Below, piece after piece: positions 19,296 to 29,827 of a stretch of DNA of 64,000 bases. Within the stretch, counting starts at the first letter, position 1; each line of letters starts with the position of its first letter. A program made the position numbers and the translations under genes. The notes below the pieces were generated by a model. It saw only the letters and a list, made by a program, of their open reading frames with translations, ran no database searches and was not told the origin of the DNA. The DNA comes from Pseudomonadota bacterium. GTDB taxonomy: Bacteria > Pseudomonadota > Gammaproteobacteria > Pseudomonadales > Moraxellaceae. The stretch spans positions 38,707 to 102,706 of the forward strand of contig JAZKJJ010000007.1 in NCBI GenBank assembly GCA_040384385.1. The letters run 5' to 3'.

Positions 19296-19319
19296 AGCCC
19301 GGTTCTGCCGGGCTTTTTT
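19296..19319 (+). terminator. Rho-independent terminator after ribA
   Basis: agcccgg-ttctg-ccgggct followed by a T run; lies between convergent ribA and dxs. Confidence 0.75.
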
Positions 19320-19320
19320 A

Positions 19321-21255
19321 TCAGAGCCGCGCGCGAATCGACGCCGCTATGCCGGCAGCATCCAGCCCGCAATCCGCGAGCATTTCTGCCGGGCTGCCAT
19401 GCTCGATGTAGGCGTCGCGTATGCCGAGCATCAGCATGGTGTTGCGCAGACCTTCCTGATGCAGAAACTCACTTACGGCCGAACCGGCCCCACCCGCGAC
19501 TGCATGCTCTTCCACCGTCACCAGCAGTTCATGTGATACGGCCAGCTCGCGAATCAACGCGGCATCCAATGGTTTTACCCAGCGCATGTCGACCACGGTG
19601 GCATTCACGTTGCCGGCTTGCGCGAGCTGTTCGGCAGCACTCAGGGCATCCTGCAAACGCGCCCCAAAATTGAGGATGGCGACGCGCTCGCCCTGGCGAC
19701 GGATCACGCCGCGCCCAATCGGCAGCATCTTGGTCTGGCGCTCGATGACGCTGCCGGGGCCGGTACCGCGCGGGTAGCGCACGGCGGCCGGGCCGGGATG
19801 CTGCCAGCAGGTTTCCAGCAGCTGACGGCATTCGTTTTCGTCGCTGGGGGCGGCGATGATGAGGTTGGGCAGGCAGCGCATGAAGGCGAGGTCGTAGGCG
19901 CCGGCATGGGTCGGGCCATCCTCACCGACGAGGCCAGCGCGGTCGATGCCGAAGGTGACATCGAGATTCTGCAGCGTGACATCGTGAATGAGCTGGTCGT
20001 AGCCGCGTTGCAGGAAGGTCGAATAGATCGCCACCACCGGCTTCAGGCCCTCGCAGGCGAGGCCGGCGGCAAAAGTCACGGCGTGCTGCTCTGCAATCGC
20101 AACATCGTGGTAGCGCTCGGGATACTCGGCGGCGAAGCGCACCATGCCCGAGCCTTCGCACATGGCCGGGGTGATGGCGATTAGGCGCAGATCCTTGGCG
20201 GCGACATCACAGAGCCAGTCGCCAAAGACATCTGAATATTTCTTTTTCGGCGAGGGCGTGCTCTTAGGCTCGGTGGTGCTCGCCACGGGTGCGATCACCT
20301 GCGCCACACGCTCGCTCACCGGCGCAATCTTGGTGATGGCGTGATAGCCGATGGGGTCGGCCTCGGCCGGCGCGAAGCCCTTGCCCTTGGTGGTGAACAC
20401 ATGCAGCAGTTGCGGGCCCTTGGCCTCGCGCAGATTGCCGATGGTCTCGACCAGCTCTTCCAGATTGTGGCCGTCGATGGGGCCGACATAATTGAAGCCG
20501 ATGGACTCGAACAGCGCGCCCGGCGAGTCGGTGACCAGCGTCTTCAGGCTTTCTTCGCTGCGACGGGCAAAGTTCATCGCTGTCGGCATGGATTGCAGCA
20601 CGCGTTTGCCGCCTTCGCGCATGGCGATATAGCTCTTGCTGGCCCAGATCCGCGAGAAATAGTTGGACAGGCCACCGACGGCTTTCGAGATCGACATCTG
20701 GTTATCGTTGAGGATGACCAGCATGTCGGTGCCCTGATGGGCGGCATCGTTCAGCGCTTCGAAGGCCATGCCGGCGGTCATCGCGCCATCACCAATGACG
20801 GCGACGACCTTGCGATTGCTGCCGGTGAGCTGGGCGCCACGCGCCATGCCCAACGCGGCGGAAATAGAGGTGGACGAGTGGCCGACGCCAAAGGTGTCGT
20901 ACTCCGACTCTTCGCGGCGCGGGAATGCCGCCAGGCCGTCCTTGTGACGGATGCTGAGCATGGCGTCTTTGCGGCCGGTGAGAATTTTGTGCGGATAGGC
21001 CTGATGGCCAACATCCCAGACCAGTCGATCGGATGGCGTGTTGTAAACATAGTGCAGGGCGATGGTGAGTTCGACGACGCCGAGGCCGGCTCCGAAGTGG
21101 CCGCCGGTCTGGCTGGTGGACCAGAGCAGGTACTCGCGCAGTTCAAGAGCTAACGCGGGCAGGGCATCTTCGGGCAGTTCGCGCAGCTTGTCCGGCGTCG
21201 GCACCTGGTCGAGGAGCGGCGTGTGCGGGCGGCTGAGCGGAATCTCGTGGAACAT
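19321..21255 (-). CDS. dxs: 1-deoxy-D-xylulose-5-phosphate synthase
   Basis: [47 protein letters not shown]. Confidence 0.98.
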   Translation of the reverse strand: MFHEIPLSRPHTPLLDQVPTPDKLRELPEDALPALALELREYLLWSTSQTGGHFGAGLGVVELTIALHYVYNTPSDRLVWDVGHQAYPHKILTGRKDAMLSIRHKDGLAAFPRREESEYDTFGVGHSSTSISAALGMARGAQLTGSNRKVVAVIGDGAMTAGMAFEALNDAAHQGTDMLVILNDNQMSISKAVGGLSNYFSRIWASKSYIAMREGGKRVLQSMPTAMNFARRSEESLKTLVTDSPGALFESIGFNYVGPIDGHNLEELVETIGNLREAKGPQLLHVFTTKGKGFAPAEADPIGYHAITKIAPVSERVAQVIAPVASTTEPKSTPSPKKKYSDVFGDWLCDVAAKDLRLIAITPAMCEGSGMVRFAAEYPERYHDVAIAEQHAVTFAAGLACEGLKPVVAIYSTFLQRGYDQLIHDVTLQNLDVTFGIDRAGLVGEDGPTHAGAYDLAFMRCLPNLIIAAPSDENECRQLLETCWQHPGPAAVRYPRGTGPGSVIERQTKMLPIGRGVIRRQGERVAILNFGARLQDALSAAEQLAQAGNVNATVVDMRWVKPLDAALIRELAVSHELLVTVEEHAVAGGAGSAVSEFLHQEGLRNTMLMLGIRDAYIEHGSPAEMLADCGLDAAGIAASIRARL

Positions 21256-21284
21256 CGGTAATCATCCTGACGCGTTGTGCGGGA

Positions 21285-21290
21285 ATTATA
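21285..21290 (-). promoter_or_regulatory. Consensus -10 (TATAAT) upstream of dxs
   Basis: ATTATA on + strand in the ispA-dxs gap; no clear -35. Confidence 0.4.
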
Positions 21291-21298
21291 CCTGCGGA

Positions 21299-22186
21299 TC
21301 AATGGTCGCGGGCGAGCAGAAAGCGGGCGAGCTCGCGTAGCGGGTTGGCATTGACGCCCAGTGGTGCCAGTGCGGCCAGGGCTTCTTCGGTGAGCTGCTG
21401 CGCCAGTGCTTTTGCAGCGTCCAGCCCGAGCAGGGCCGGGTAAGTCGACTTCTCGTGGAGCTGATCGGCACCAGCCTGCTTGCCGAGTACAGCGGTATCG
21501 CCGATGACATCGAGTACATCGTCGTGGACCTGGAAGGCGAGGCCGAGGCGGTCGGCATAGTGGTCAAGCGCGGCCAGCTGCTCCGGTGTGGCTTGCGCGG
21601 CGAGTGCGCCGAGGGCTACCGCGCTGCGAATCAGCGCGCCGGTTTTGTGGCGATGCACGGTTTCCAGCGGTGCCAGGCTCAGGCGCTGGCCTTCGGCGGC
21701 GAGGTCGAGTTGCTGGCCAACGACCATGTTGAAGGCGGCAGTGGCCAGTGCGGCAGTCTGTGCGGCCTGCGTTGCCGCGGCCAGCGATGAGCTGGTCAGG
21801 GCGCGGAAGGCCAGCGCTTGCAGGGCATCGCCGGCGAGCAGTGCGGTGGCTTCATCGAACTGGCGATGGCAGGTGGGTTGGCCTCGGCGCAGATCATCAT
21901 CATCCATGCAGGGCAGGTCGTCGTGCACCAGCGAGTAGCCGTGGATGCATTCGACGGCGAGCGCGGCGCTATCAGCCGTTGCCCAACCACCACCAACAGC
22001 CAGGCTGGCGCCCCAGGCCAACGCCGGTCGCACGCGCTTGCCGCCGTTTTGCATGGCGTAGGCAATGGCGTTGATCAGACGGGCATCCAGTTGATTCTGC
22101 TCTGCCAAGAAGGCACTGAAGTTATCGGTGAAGCGAGCCTGGGAGGCACGCAACAGGGCGGGTAGCACAGTCATGTTGGAGGTCAT
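21299..22186 (-). CDS. ispA: Farnesyl diphosphate synthase
   Basis: GGKRVRP, SLVHDDLPCMDDDDLRRG, KTGALI, FQVHDDVLD; AGGAG SD before 22186. Confidence 0.95.
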   Translation of the reverse strand: MTSNMTVLPALLRASQARFTDNFSAFLAEQNQLDARLINAIAYAMQNGGKRVRPALAWGASLAVGGGWATADSAALAVECIHGYSLVHDDLPCMDDDDLRRGQPTCHRQFDEATALLAGDALQALAFRALTSSSLAAATQAAQTAALATAAFNMVVGQQLDLAAEGQRLSLAPLETVHRHKTGALIRSAVALGALAAQATPEQLAALDHYADRLGLAFQVHDDVLDVIGDTAVLGKQAGADQLHEKSTYPALLGLDAAKALAQQLTEEALAALAPLGVNANPLRELARFLLARDH

Positions 22187-22211
22187 GTGGGCGCTCCTGT
22201 CGCGGTGCAGA

Positions 22212-22463
22212 TCAGGCGTCGTCGCGCGTGGGGGCAAACGCACTGAGTTCGACGCTGCCGTCGGCACGAGCCAGCAGCATCTGCACTTTCTGCTCGGCTT
22301 GATCCAACGCCTGCTGGCATTGACGAGTGAGTTGAACCCCCGACTCGAAGGCCTGTAGGGCAGCTTCTAGCGTCAGTTCGCCAGACTCGAGCTGATGCAC
22401 TTGTTGTTCGAGCTCGGCCAATGCCTTCTCGAAATCGATAGCGGCAACAGGGGCGGTAGACAT
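22212..22463 (-). CDS. xseB: Exodeoxyribonuclease VII small subunit
   Basis: FEKALAELE ... LESGELTLE ... FESGV ... AEQKV; canonical xseB-ispA-dxs order. Confidence 0.93.
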   Translation of the reverse strand: MSTAPVAAIDFEKALAELEQQVHQLESGELTLEAALQAFESGVQLTRQCQQALDQAEQKVQMLLARADGSVELSAFAPTRDDA

Positions 22464-22537
22464 GGCAGAGCTCCGTGATTCAGCGTGATTCAGAACGCGA
22501 ACGGTAGCGACTGCACGCGTGCTGGTCAATTGCCGTG

Positions 22538-24598
22538 TCAGAAGCTAATCCGAATGCCGATCACACCGCCACGCCCCGGTGCTGGAGCCACATCTTTGAT
22601 GAACGAGGTGGAGCGGCGGATGTCATCGTTGAGCAAGTTGGTGCCGCGCAGAAAAAGACTGGCGCGCCCGAAACCGATGCGTTGCGGGATGGCGTAGCTG
22701 AGGTCGGCATTGAGCAGGTTATAGCCAGCGGTCTCGGTTTCGAAGCTGCTGCCGATGCGATCCTGGCGCGCGGCATGGGTCAGGCTCAAGTTGCCGCTAT
22801 AAGCGCCGCGATGGCCATGCAGGCTGACGCCGATGCGATACGGTGGCAGGCGCGGCACCGCGTTGCCATCATCAAGCTCGCCACGCACGCCATCGGTAAA
22901 CAGGCGGGCATCTATGTTTTGCCCGGGCTTGTTCTGCAGTGCCCAAGTGACCGCTGCTTCGTAGCCGTGGAAGCGCGCGCTTTGCTGGGCGTAGCTGATC
23001 AGATTGAAGGTCTCGGCATCAACCAGCACTGCGCCTTGATCTTGAGCGTAGATGTAGTCCTGTACGCGTTTGGCATAGATGCTGGCTTCGTAAGTCAGTG
23101 CGCCAACATGATGATCAATGCCCAAATCGAGATTCAGGGCACGCTCTTTCTTTAGATTGGGATCGCCGACTTCAAGTGTCCCGGTGGCCACATGGGTGCC
23201 GAAAGCGTAAAGCTCTTCCGAGGCCGGTGCGCGCTCGGCGTGTGTGATCGCGGCCTTGATGTGGGTGTCGTCACTGATCGGATAAACCGTGCCTAATGAC
23301 AAGCTGATCGGTGTAAATCGGCGAGCGCGATTATCGGCCGTGCGATTGATGTCGGAGCCATCTACCTCAATGCTGGCGGCACCTGCGCCGGGCTCATGGC
23401 GCACGCTATCTACGCGCGCGCCAATTTCAAGCTTGCCGAGCGCCGTCTCGCGTTCCTCCACGATAAAGACGCCGAGCTGCTTAGTGATGACCGTTGGCAC
23501 ATAAGCTTCGTCACCATTAGCGGCAAAATCACGATGCCCCAATTGCATACCGACCACGCCACGGAAGCCGGCCACCGCCTTGTGTACAGCTTCAACACGC
23601 GCCTGATATTCGTCATTATTGAAGACGGTGCCGGGCACGCCGGGTGCTTCAAATTCGGTGTGCTTGTAGCGCGCACCACCGGCTCGCAGCTTGAGCGACT
23701 CCAAGCCTGCCGTGGGATTGCGCAGCACAATCTGGCCATCAACACGGGTTTGCTTCATATCAATGAAGGCTTCTTCTTCGTTCGGCAAACCATAAGTATT
23801 TTCATAGCGCGACAAGGCGATGCCGGCGCTGTTGCCGTTGTCATCCACATGCGTATAAGCGATGGCACCGTTGCGCAGCTCGGTATCGCTATTGGGCAGG
23901 CGCTTGTCGCTGCCGCTGCCATCAACATGACTGTTGTTCGGAATGCGGTAGTCGTCGCTACGCGTCTGCGTCATGTCGAAATGCAGCTGGTGATTGCCGA
24001 TGCCATAGTTCAGATCAGCGGCTACCTGATTCTCCTGAGCGACGGTGCCGGCACTGGCTTCGACCGCGCCGGACCAGCCCGGTGTGACTTCCGTGACCAG
24101 ACGACTATCGCTGACATTGACGGCACCGCCCGTGGCGCTGCTGCCATAGAGCAGTGTGGCCGGGCCTTTCAGTACTTCAATCTGGCGCGAGATTAGCGGG
24201 TTGATCGCCACCGCATGGTCGGGGCTGAGATTGGATACATCCATGGCACCGACGCCGTTGGTGAGCACATCAACGCGCGGGCCGGACTGGCCACGAATCA
24301 CCGGCCGCCCCGCGCCGCTGCCGAAGTCTGTGCTGGAAACACCCAGCTCCTGTGCCAGCGTTTGCCCGAGTGTGGCTTGACGCTTGTTGTCTAGCGTTTC
24401 GCCAGCGAGCACTAGGGCGGGTTGCACCATGTCATCAGCCGTGCGCCCCAACGGGTTGGCGGTGATGGTGATTTCCATGAGTTGCTGGCCTTCGCTGGGA
24501 CTCACGGGAGCCTCTTCCGCGTGAGCTGACAGGCTTAGGGCTGCTGTTAGCGGAAAGGTGGCGGCAAGCGGGAGTAGTGCGAAACGGAATGGATGCAT
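22538..24598 (-). CDS. TonB-dependent receptor, ZnuD-like (zinc uptake)
   Basis: Signal peptide; plug GRPVIRG and [13 protein letters not shown]; [11 protein letters not shown]; C-terminal Phe; Zur box upstream. Confidence 0.88.
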   Translation of the reverse strand: MHPFRFALLPLAATFPLTAALSLSAHAEEAPVSPSEGQQLMEITITANPLGRTADDMVQPALVLAGETLDNKRQATLGQTLAQELGVSSTDFGSGAGRPVIRGQSGPRVDVLTNGVGAMDVSNLSPDHAVAINPLISRQIEVLKGPATLLYGSSATGGAVNVSDSRLVTEVTPGWSGAVEASAGTVAQENQVAADLNYGIGNHQLHFDMTQTRSDDYRIPNNSHVDGSGSDKRLPNSDTELRNGAIAYTHVDDNGNSAGIALSRYENTYGLPNEEEAFIDMKQTRVDGQIVLRNPTAGLESLKLRAGGARYKHTEFEAPGVPGTVFNNDEYQARVEAVHKAVAGFRGVVGMQLGHRDFAANGDEAYVPTVITKQLGVFIVEERETALGKLEIGARVDSVRHEPGAGAASIEVDGSDINRTADNRARRFTPISLSLGTVYPISDDTHIKAAITHAERAPASEELYAFGTHVATGTLEVGDPNLKKERALNLDLGIDHHVGALTYEASIYAKRVQDYIYAQDQGAVLVDAETFNLISYAQQSARFHGYEAAVTWALQNKPGQNIDARLFTDGVRGELDDGNAVPRLPPYRIGVSLHGHRGAYSGNLSLTHAARQDRIGSSFETETAGYNLLNADLSYAIPQRIGFGRASLFLRGTNLLNDDIRRSTSFIKDVAPAPGRGGVIGIRISF

Positions 24599-24624
24599 GG
24601 GCTGGCAATCTCAAATGAGCATGT

Positions 24625-24643
24625 ATTGTTATAATATAACTTT
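24625..24643. promoter_or_regulatory. Zur box
   Basis: att-GTTATA-A-TATAAC-ttt palindrome matches the gammaproteobacterial Zur core; 27 nt upstream of the receptor ATG. Confidence 0.8.
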
Positions 24644-24728
24644 AATGATGCTGACGGCAAGCAGGTCTGCCTTGCCTGTGTGAGTGAGCACGCTATGATG
24701 GCGCATCATTGAAATCGCGGAGGCGGGC

Positions 24729-25223
24729 GTGACGATCGATAGTCGAGCACTGACAGAGTTGAAGGCGATTCGCGTGGAGTGTCAGCGTCGTGTCAAACGA
24801 AGTGCCTGGGCCTCTGCCGGTGCGGCAGCCATTCCCGTGCCTCTGCTGGATGTGGTGGTGGATGTTGGCCTGCTGATGAAGCTCATCCCCGAAATCAACC
24901 AGGCCTTCGGCTTGCAGCCCGAGCAAATCGAGGCGATGTCTGACGAGACGCGTTTGCAGGTGTGGAAGCGCCGCGCCGAGCGTGGCAGTGAGCTCATCGG
25001 CATTGTGGTGACGCGTGAGCTGATCAAACGCAGCGTGCAAGGCTTGGGCACGCGACTGGTGGCGCGCCAGATCACCAAGTTCATCCCGCTCGGTGGCCAG
25101 ATCGTGGCGGCGACCATCGGGTATTGGGTCATGCGCCGGCTGGCCATGAGCCATGTGGATGATTGTTTTGAAGTGGCGTGCACCGCGCGCGGTGTGAGTG
25201 CTGCGGCGACAGCCAGGGCCTGA
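24729..25223 (+). CDS. Conserved hypothetical protein
   Basis: 164 aa with AAAIPVPLLDV and KFIPLGGQIV segments; GGAGG SD before GTG. Confidence 0.7.
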   Translation: MTIDSRALTELKAIRVECQRRVKRSAWASAGAAAIPVPLLDVVVDVGLLMKLIPEINQAFGLQPEQIEAMSDETRLQVWKRRAERGSELIGIVVTRELIKRSVQGLGTRLVARQITKFIPLGGQIVAATIGYWVMRRLAMSHVDDCFEVACTARGVSAAATARA

Positions 25224-25250
25224 GCGACCGGTGAACGATTTGACGAGAGA

Positions 25251-25976
25251 ATGGATATGAGCGTTGAAGTTTTAGCGAACAAAGACAAGAAACCCAAGGC
25301 CGTAGCATCGGCGCGCGCCGAGCCGGGTAGGCGTTATCGCGGTGTTAGCGAGGAAGTGCGCCGTACCGAGCGCCGTCAGCGTTTCATCGAAGCCGGGCTT
25401 GATGTGTTCGGTGGGCGGGGCTATCACAGCTCTACGGTGCGCAGCATTTGTGCGTCTGCCGGGCTCACCGAGCGCTATTTCTACGAGTCATTCGAGAACA
25501 GTGAAGACCTACTTTGCGTCGTTTACAAGGCGTGTGTGCAACGCGTGCGTGAGCATGTGCTCGCCGCCTTGATTGATGTGCCGAAAGAGCCTGAGCAGAT
25601 GGTGCGCATTGCCTTGCACCGCATTTTCGAGGGTGTGCGTGAGGATCCGCGTTTGGCGCGCATCCTGTTCATTGAAGTGCTCGGCGTTAGTGATCGTGTC
25701 GACATGATGTACCGCGACACGGTGGTGGACTCGTCCGCGCTGCTGGTGCGTTTGATGAGGCCGCTGTTTGGCGAAGGCACACTGCCGGCGCCACTCGATG
25801 CCGACATCATCGCCAATGCCCTCATGGGCGCCATCGTAGCCTCAGCCGGGCGCTGGCTGCTGATGGGCTTCACCACCCCGATCGAGGTCGTGGTCGAGAA
25901 TTTAAATACGATCTTTATTGGTGTGATCCGTCAGCTGCTTAGCGTGGCGGACGCACATAGTTCATCCGCCGGGTAA
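25251..25976 (+). CDS. TetR/AcrR-family regulator
   Basis: N-terminal HTH TVRSICASAGLTERYFYESF; 3' end overlaps convergent mtgA by 38 nt. Confidence 0.9.
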   Translation: MDMSVEVLANKDKKPKAVASARAEPGRRYRGVSEEVRRTERRQRFIEAGLDVFGGRGYHSSTVRSICASAGLTERYFYESFENSEDLLCVVYKACVQRVREHVLAALIDVPKEPEQMVRIALHRIFEGVREDPRLARILFIEVLGVSDRVDMMYRDTVVDSSALLVRLMRPLFGEGTLPAPLDADIIANALMGAIVASAGRWLLMGFTTPIEVVVENLNTIFIGVIRQLLSVADAHSSSAG

Positions 25977-26628
25977 TGATGCGGGTGCGTCGCTCCAAAT
26001 AGCGTGTGGAGCGATGTTTGTCGTAGTAGCGCGGGTTCGGCACCATCGCGGCCAGCCGCGCCGCCTCTCTGGCGGTCAGTGCTGATGTCGGCTTGCGGAA
26101 GTAGTGGCGAGCTGCTGCCTCGGCGCCAAAGACGCCATCGCCCCACTCGATGACATTTAGATAGATCTCGAAAATCCGGCGTTTGCTCATCATCTTCTCC
26201 AGCATGAAGGTAATGATGGCTTCCTCGCCCTTGCGCCAAGGCGTGCGCTTGCCGGACAGAAACAGATTCTTCGCCAGCTGCTGCGAGATGGTCGAACCGC
26301 CGGCCACGATGCGGCCCTTCTTCAGATTTTTCCCCCAAGCCGTCTGCATGCCTTCCCAGTCGAAGCCATCATGCTGCAGAAACTTGGCATCTTCCGAGGC
26401 CATCACGGCACGCTTGAGATTGGGCGAGATGCGCTCGTAGGGCACCCAGCGATGATGCAGCTCGGCCTCCGGGTCGTCGTCGCGCAGATCAGCTAGGCGA
26501 GCGCTCATGAATGCGGAGCGCGACGGGTTGTGGTCTATCCACCAGCACACATGTGCGAACAGCCAGCCTTGGTAAAGCACGCAGAGTGCCAGGCTGATCA
26601 GCAGCAGTCGCCAGAGCAGTCGCTTCAT
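25939..26628 (-). CDS. mtgA: Monofunctional peptidoglycan transglycosylase
   Basis: SEDAKF, GGSTISQQLAKNLFL, RKGEE, EIYLNVIEWG. Confidence 0.95.
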   Translation of the reverse strand: MKRLLWRLLLISLALCVLYQGWLFAHVCWWIDHNPSRSAFMSARLADLRDDDPEAELHHRWVPYERISPNLKRAVMASEDAKFLQHDGFDWEGMQTAWGKNLKKGRIVAGGSTISQQLAKNLFLSGKRTPWRKGEEAIITFMLEKMMSKRRIFEIYLNVIEWGDGVFGAEAAARHYFRKPTSALTAREAARLAAMVPNPRYYDKHRSTRYLERRTRIITRRMNYVRPPR

Positions 26629-26642
26629 TGCGCTTCAGACTC

Positions 26643-27641
26643 TCAGGCGTGATAGGCCGTGGCGCGTTCAACCTCGGTGCGGGCACCGAGAATGACGGGG
26701 ACGCGCTGATGCAGGCCGGTCGGGGCGATATCCATGATACGCACGCGACCGGTGGTGGCGGCACCGCCAGCTTGCTCGACTAGCCAAGCCATGGGATTGG
26801 CCTCGTACATCAGGCGCAGCTTGCCGCCCTTGCTCGCGGTCTTGCTGTCCAGCGGGTAGAGGAACACGCCACCACGGGTCAGGATGCGATGTACATCGGC
26901 GACCATGGCCGCGACCCAGCGCATATTGAAGTCTTTGCCGCGTACGCCGGCCTTACCTTCCAGCAGTTCGCCCACATAGCGCTGTACCGGTGCTTCCCAG
27001 TGACGCTGGTTGGACATGTTGATGGCGAATTCCTGCGTCTCTTCTGGGATTCTCATGCCGGACTGCGTCAGTACGAATTCGTCGCTGTCGGGGTCGAGCG
27101 TGAAGGCATCGACACCATGACCGAGCGTGAGGATGAGCTGGGTGGCGGCGCCATAGACCGCGTAGCCAGCGGCGACCTGCGCAGTGCCCGGTTGCAGAAA
27201 CGGGGCGACCTCGGCGGTGTTGCTGCCGGGCGCGGTGGCCAGCACCGAGAAAATGGTGCCGACCGGGGCATTGATGTCGATGTTCGAGGAGCCGTCGAGC
27301 GGGTCGAAAAGCAGCAGGTAGCGGCTGTCGGCGCTGGTGGTGACCGGAAACGGATCATCCATTTCTTCCGATGCCATACCGGCGAGATGCCCGCCGCTGG
27401 CATGCGCTTCGAGCAGCATGTCGTTGGAAATCACATCGAGTTTTTTCTGGTCTTCACCTTGGATGTTTTCGCTGCCAGCCTGACCGAGCACGCCGGTGAG
27501 CGCACCACGGGCGATGGCGGCGCTGATCTGGCGGCAGGTTGTGGCGGTGATTTCCAGGGTTTGGATTAGGTCGGCTGGCAGGTCGCCGGCGGCTTGATGA
27601 GGTGAGCGTAACCACTGTGCAAAGGTAATGCGTGAAGACAT
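26643..27641 (-). CDS. fbp: Fructose-1,6-bisphosphatase class 1
   Basis: [34 protein letters not shown]. Confidence 0.96.
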   Translation of the reverse strand: MSSRITFAQWLRSPHQAAGDLPADLIQTLEITATTCRQISAAIARGALTGVLGQAGSENIQGEDQKKLDVISNDMLLEAHASGGHLAGMASEEMDDPFPVTTSADSRYLLLFDPLDGSSNIDINAPVGTIFSVLATAPGSNTAEVAPFLQPGTAQVAAGYAVYGAATQLILTLGHGVDAFTLDPDSDEFVLTQSGMRIPEETQEFAINMSNQRHWEAPVQRYVGELLEGKAGVRGKDFNMRWVAAMVADVHRILTRGGVFLYPLDSKTASKGGKLRLMYEANPMAWLVEQAGGAATTGRVRIMDIAPTGLHQRVPVILGARTEVERATAYHA

Positions 27642-27705
27642 GAAGCACTCCGGCGACAGGTGCCGACTCGGGTACGAGTACGGCATCTAAATAGATTTTG
27701 CGGCG

Positions 27706-27714
27706 AGTATAGCA
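27706..27714 (-). promoter_or_regulatory. Extended -10 promoter of fbp
   Basis: Reverse complement reads TGcTATACT, about 65 nt upstream of the start. Confidence 0.5.
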
Positions 27715-27831
27715 GCCTCGCAGCAGGCTTCCTTAGCATGAATCATGGCATCGTCAAAGCATGGACAGCGCACGATGGCGACCGCAGAATCAGGCCGAAT
27801 CTTTTGATCACTATTCCCCGAGGAGCAGGAC

Positions 27832-28248
27832 ATGAGCCTGATGAAAGAGTTTCGCGAATTTGCCATGCGTGGCAATGTCATTGATCTGGCGGTCGGCGTC
27901 ATTATCGGCGCCGCTTTCGGCAAGATAGTTTCGTCGTTTGTCGGCGACATTGTTATGCCGCCGCTGGGCGTGCTGATCGGTGGTGTCAACTTCACTGATC
28001 TTTCCGTGACCTTACAGGTGGCGGTTGGCGACAAGCCGGCGGTGTTGTTGGCTTATGGCAAGTTCATCCAGACCATCTTCGATTTTCTGATTATTGCCTT
28101 CGCAGTGATGATGGGTGTGAAGGCGATGAATAGTCTCAAGCGCCCTACGCCAGCTGCCCCAGCACCCGAACCGGTGGCTCCGGCCGCGACGGCAGAGCAG
28201 GTTTTGCTCGCTGAAATTCGCGATCTACTTAAAACATCGAAGAGCTGA
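27832..28248 (+). CDS. mscL: Large-conductance mechanosensitive channel
   Basis: [21 protein letters not shown] ... LLAEIRDLL. Confidence 0.97.
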   Translation: MSLMKEFREFAMRGNVIDLAVGVIIGAAFGKIVSSFVGDIVMPPLGVLIGGVNFTDLSVTLQVAVGDKPAVLLAYGKFIQTIFDFLIIAFAVMMGVKAMNSLKRPTPAAPAPEPVAPAATAEQVLLAEIRDLLKTSKS

Positions 28249-28256
28249 ACCAGACC

Positions 28257-29687
28257 ATGGCCTTGATGCTTGAGCAATCCCTGCTGCGCCTGAAGCGCAT
28301 GGAAGCAGCCTTAATTCGCGGTCAGCTGGCGCATCCGGAAGTGCTATCGCAGGCAGATTACGAGTTGTTGCGCTATGCCCTCGTGCTGGGTCGCCTGCAG
28401 GCTTTCACGCCGGGCGTTGCAGGTGCTTGCGCAGCACCAGCGGGCGTCCATGAGGTCACGCTGTCCGAGGCCCCGATCACGACCTTGCGCGTGATCTTGC
28501 TGGAGCTGCTCTACGAGCCCTTGCGTGAGCAGCGCGGTCTACTCTTGCGCATGGCCCAGCTCCGGCAGCGTGTGGAAGCCGTGCGCCAGGCCACCAAGCA
28601 GGCGCGTGATGCTGTTCTGGCCGCACATATGCAGGACTTCAGTGCCGCAGAGCTAGATGCCGAGATTTGCCACAAGGTACTGGTGCTGGCACCGGGCGGC
28701 GGTGGTGGCTCCGGCTATGTTTACATTGGTTTGGTGGCGCGCTTGCAGGCGGCGGGCATTCAACCCAGCTATATTGTCGGGGCCTCTATTGGGGCCTTGC
28801 TCGGCGGCTTGATGGCGCGCGATCAAACGCCCGATGTCGATGCCCTCATGGCTTGGGGCAAAGGTCTGAAGGTGCGGCACATTTTTTCGCGTCCGAAAAT
28901 CGGTGCAGCGCTGAGCTTGCCCGGCTTGGTGCGCCTGCACCTGCGCGGCATGGACAAAATGCTGCGACATCCTGATGGCAGCCCGCTGCGTATCAAGGAT
29001 CTGGCGATTCCCTACGATGCCATGATTGCCGGTGTGCGCTTGTCGGCCTACCAGGCGCTGCCGGATATCCCGAATAAGCGTCCGCACTTGCTCGGTATGC
29101 CGCTGCTGATTGCCGAGCGCATGTTGCAATTGATTAGCTATTTCAGCCCGCAGGTAACCAAAGAGATTGTGCTCGGCCGTGATGAGGCGACGCGTGAGCT
29201 GCGTGTGGTGGATGCCATCGGCTTGTCGTCGGCCATCCCCGGTATTCTTCAATATGCGCCTTACACGGAAGATGCCAAGAGCCTGGAAATTCTGCAGGGT
29301 CTGCGCGAGAAGCACGGCCTGTTTGCCTTCATGGATGGCGGCACGGTGGCCAATGTGCCGGCGCGTGCGGCGTGGGTAGGTGTGGAGTCGGGCCGTATTG
29401 GCACGCGCAACGCGTTCTTTCTTGCGCTCGATTGCTTCCATCCGCAGTGGGGCGCTGGTCATGCCTGGCTGATCCCGGTGACGCAGGCGATTCAGGCCCA
29501 GCTGCCGGCGCAGCGCCCGTATTACGACTGGCTGGTGCGCTTCCAGCCCACGCCATCGCCAGTGAATCTGCTGCCCTCGGAAGAAGTTTTCGACAAGGCT
29601 TTTGAGTGGGGCTGGAAGCAGGCGGATGCTGTTTTGCCACAACTGATCGAGGCGTTGCGCCCGTTGGCCGTGCCAGAGCTGGGCTGA
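28257..29687 (+). CDS. Patatin-like phospholipase
   Basis: Gly loop PGGGGGSG, GASIG nucleophile, DGG motif. Confidence 0.85.
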   Translation: MALMLEQSLLRLKRMEAALIRGQLAHPEVLSQADYELLRYALVLGRLQAFTPGVAGACAAPAGVHEVTLSEAPITTLRVILLELLYEPLREQRGLLLRMAQLRQRVEAVRQATKQARDAVLAAHMQDFSAAELDAEICHKVLVLAPGGGGGSGYVYIGLVARLQAAGIQPSYIVGASIGALLGGLMARDQTPDVDALMAWGKGLKVRHIFSRPKIGAALSLPGLVRLHLRGMDKMLRHPDGSPLRIKDLAIPYDAMIAGVRLSAYQALPDIPNKRPHLLGMPLLIAERMLQLISYFSPQVTKEIVLGRDEATRELRVVDAIGLSSAIPGILQYAPYTEDAKSLEILQGLREKHGLFAFMDGGTVANVPARAAWVGVESGRIGTRNAFFLALDCFHPQWGAGHAWLIPVTQAIQAQLPAQRPYYDWLVRFQPTPSPVNLLPSEEVFDKAFEWGWKQADAVLPQLIEALRPLAVPELG

Positions 29688-29755
29688 TCCCGGGTCATTT
29701 CGATAAAGGCGAAGCGACCGGCATGACTCGCCGGTCGTCGATTCCTTGAAATTCT

Positions 29756-29815
29756 AGTGAACGAGTGTTGACTTAAAAAAGTTACATGCGTACTCTGAGT
29801 GTGTAGTCGTTCACT
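29756..29815. promoter_or_regulatory. Two inverted DesT/FabR-like operator sites
   Basis: AGTGAACGAGTGTTGACT (29756-29773) and AGTGTGTAGTCGTTCACT (29798-29815) upstream of the desaturase operon. Confidence 0.65.
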
Positions 29816-29827
29816 TGGAGACGCAAA

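Noticed and set aside
29715-29737. Hairpin after the patatin gene as a REP element
   Set aside because: Single copy; the other intergenic hairpins in the window share no sequence with it.
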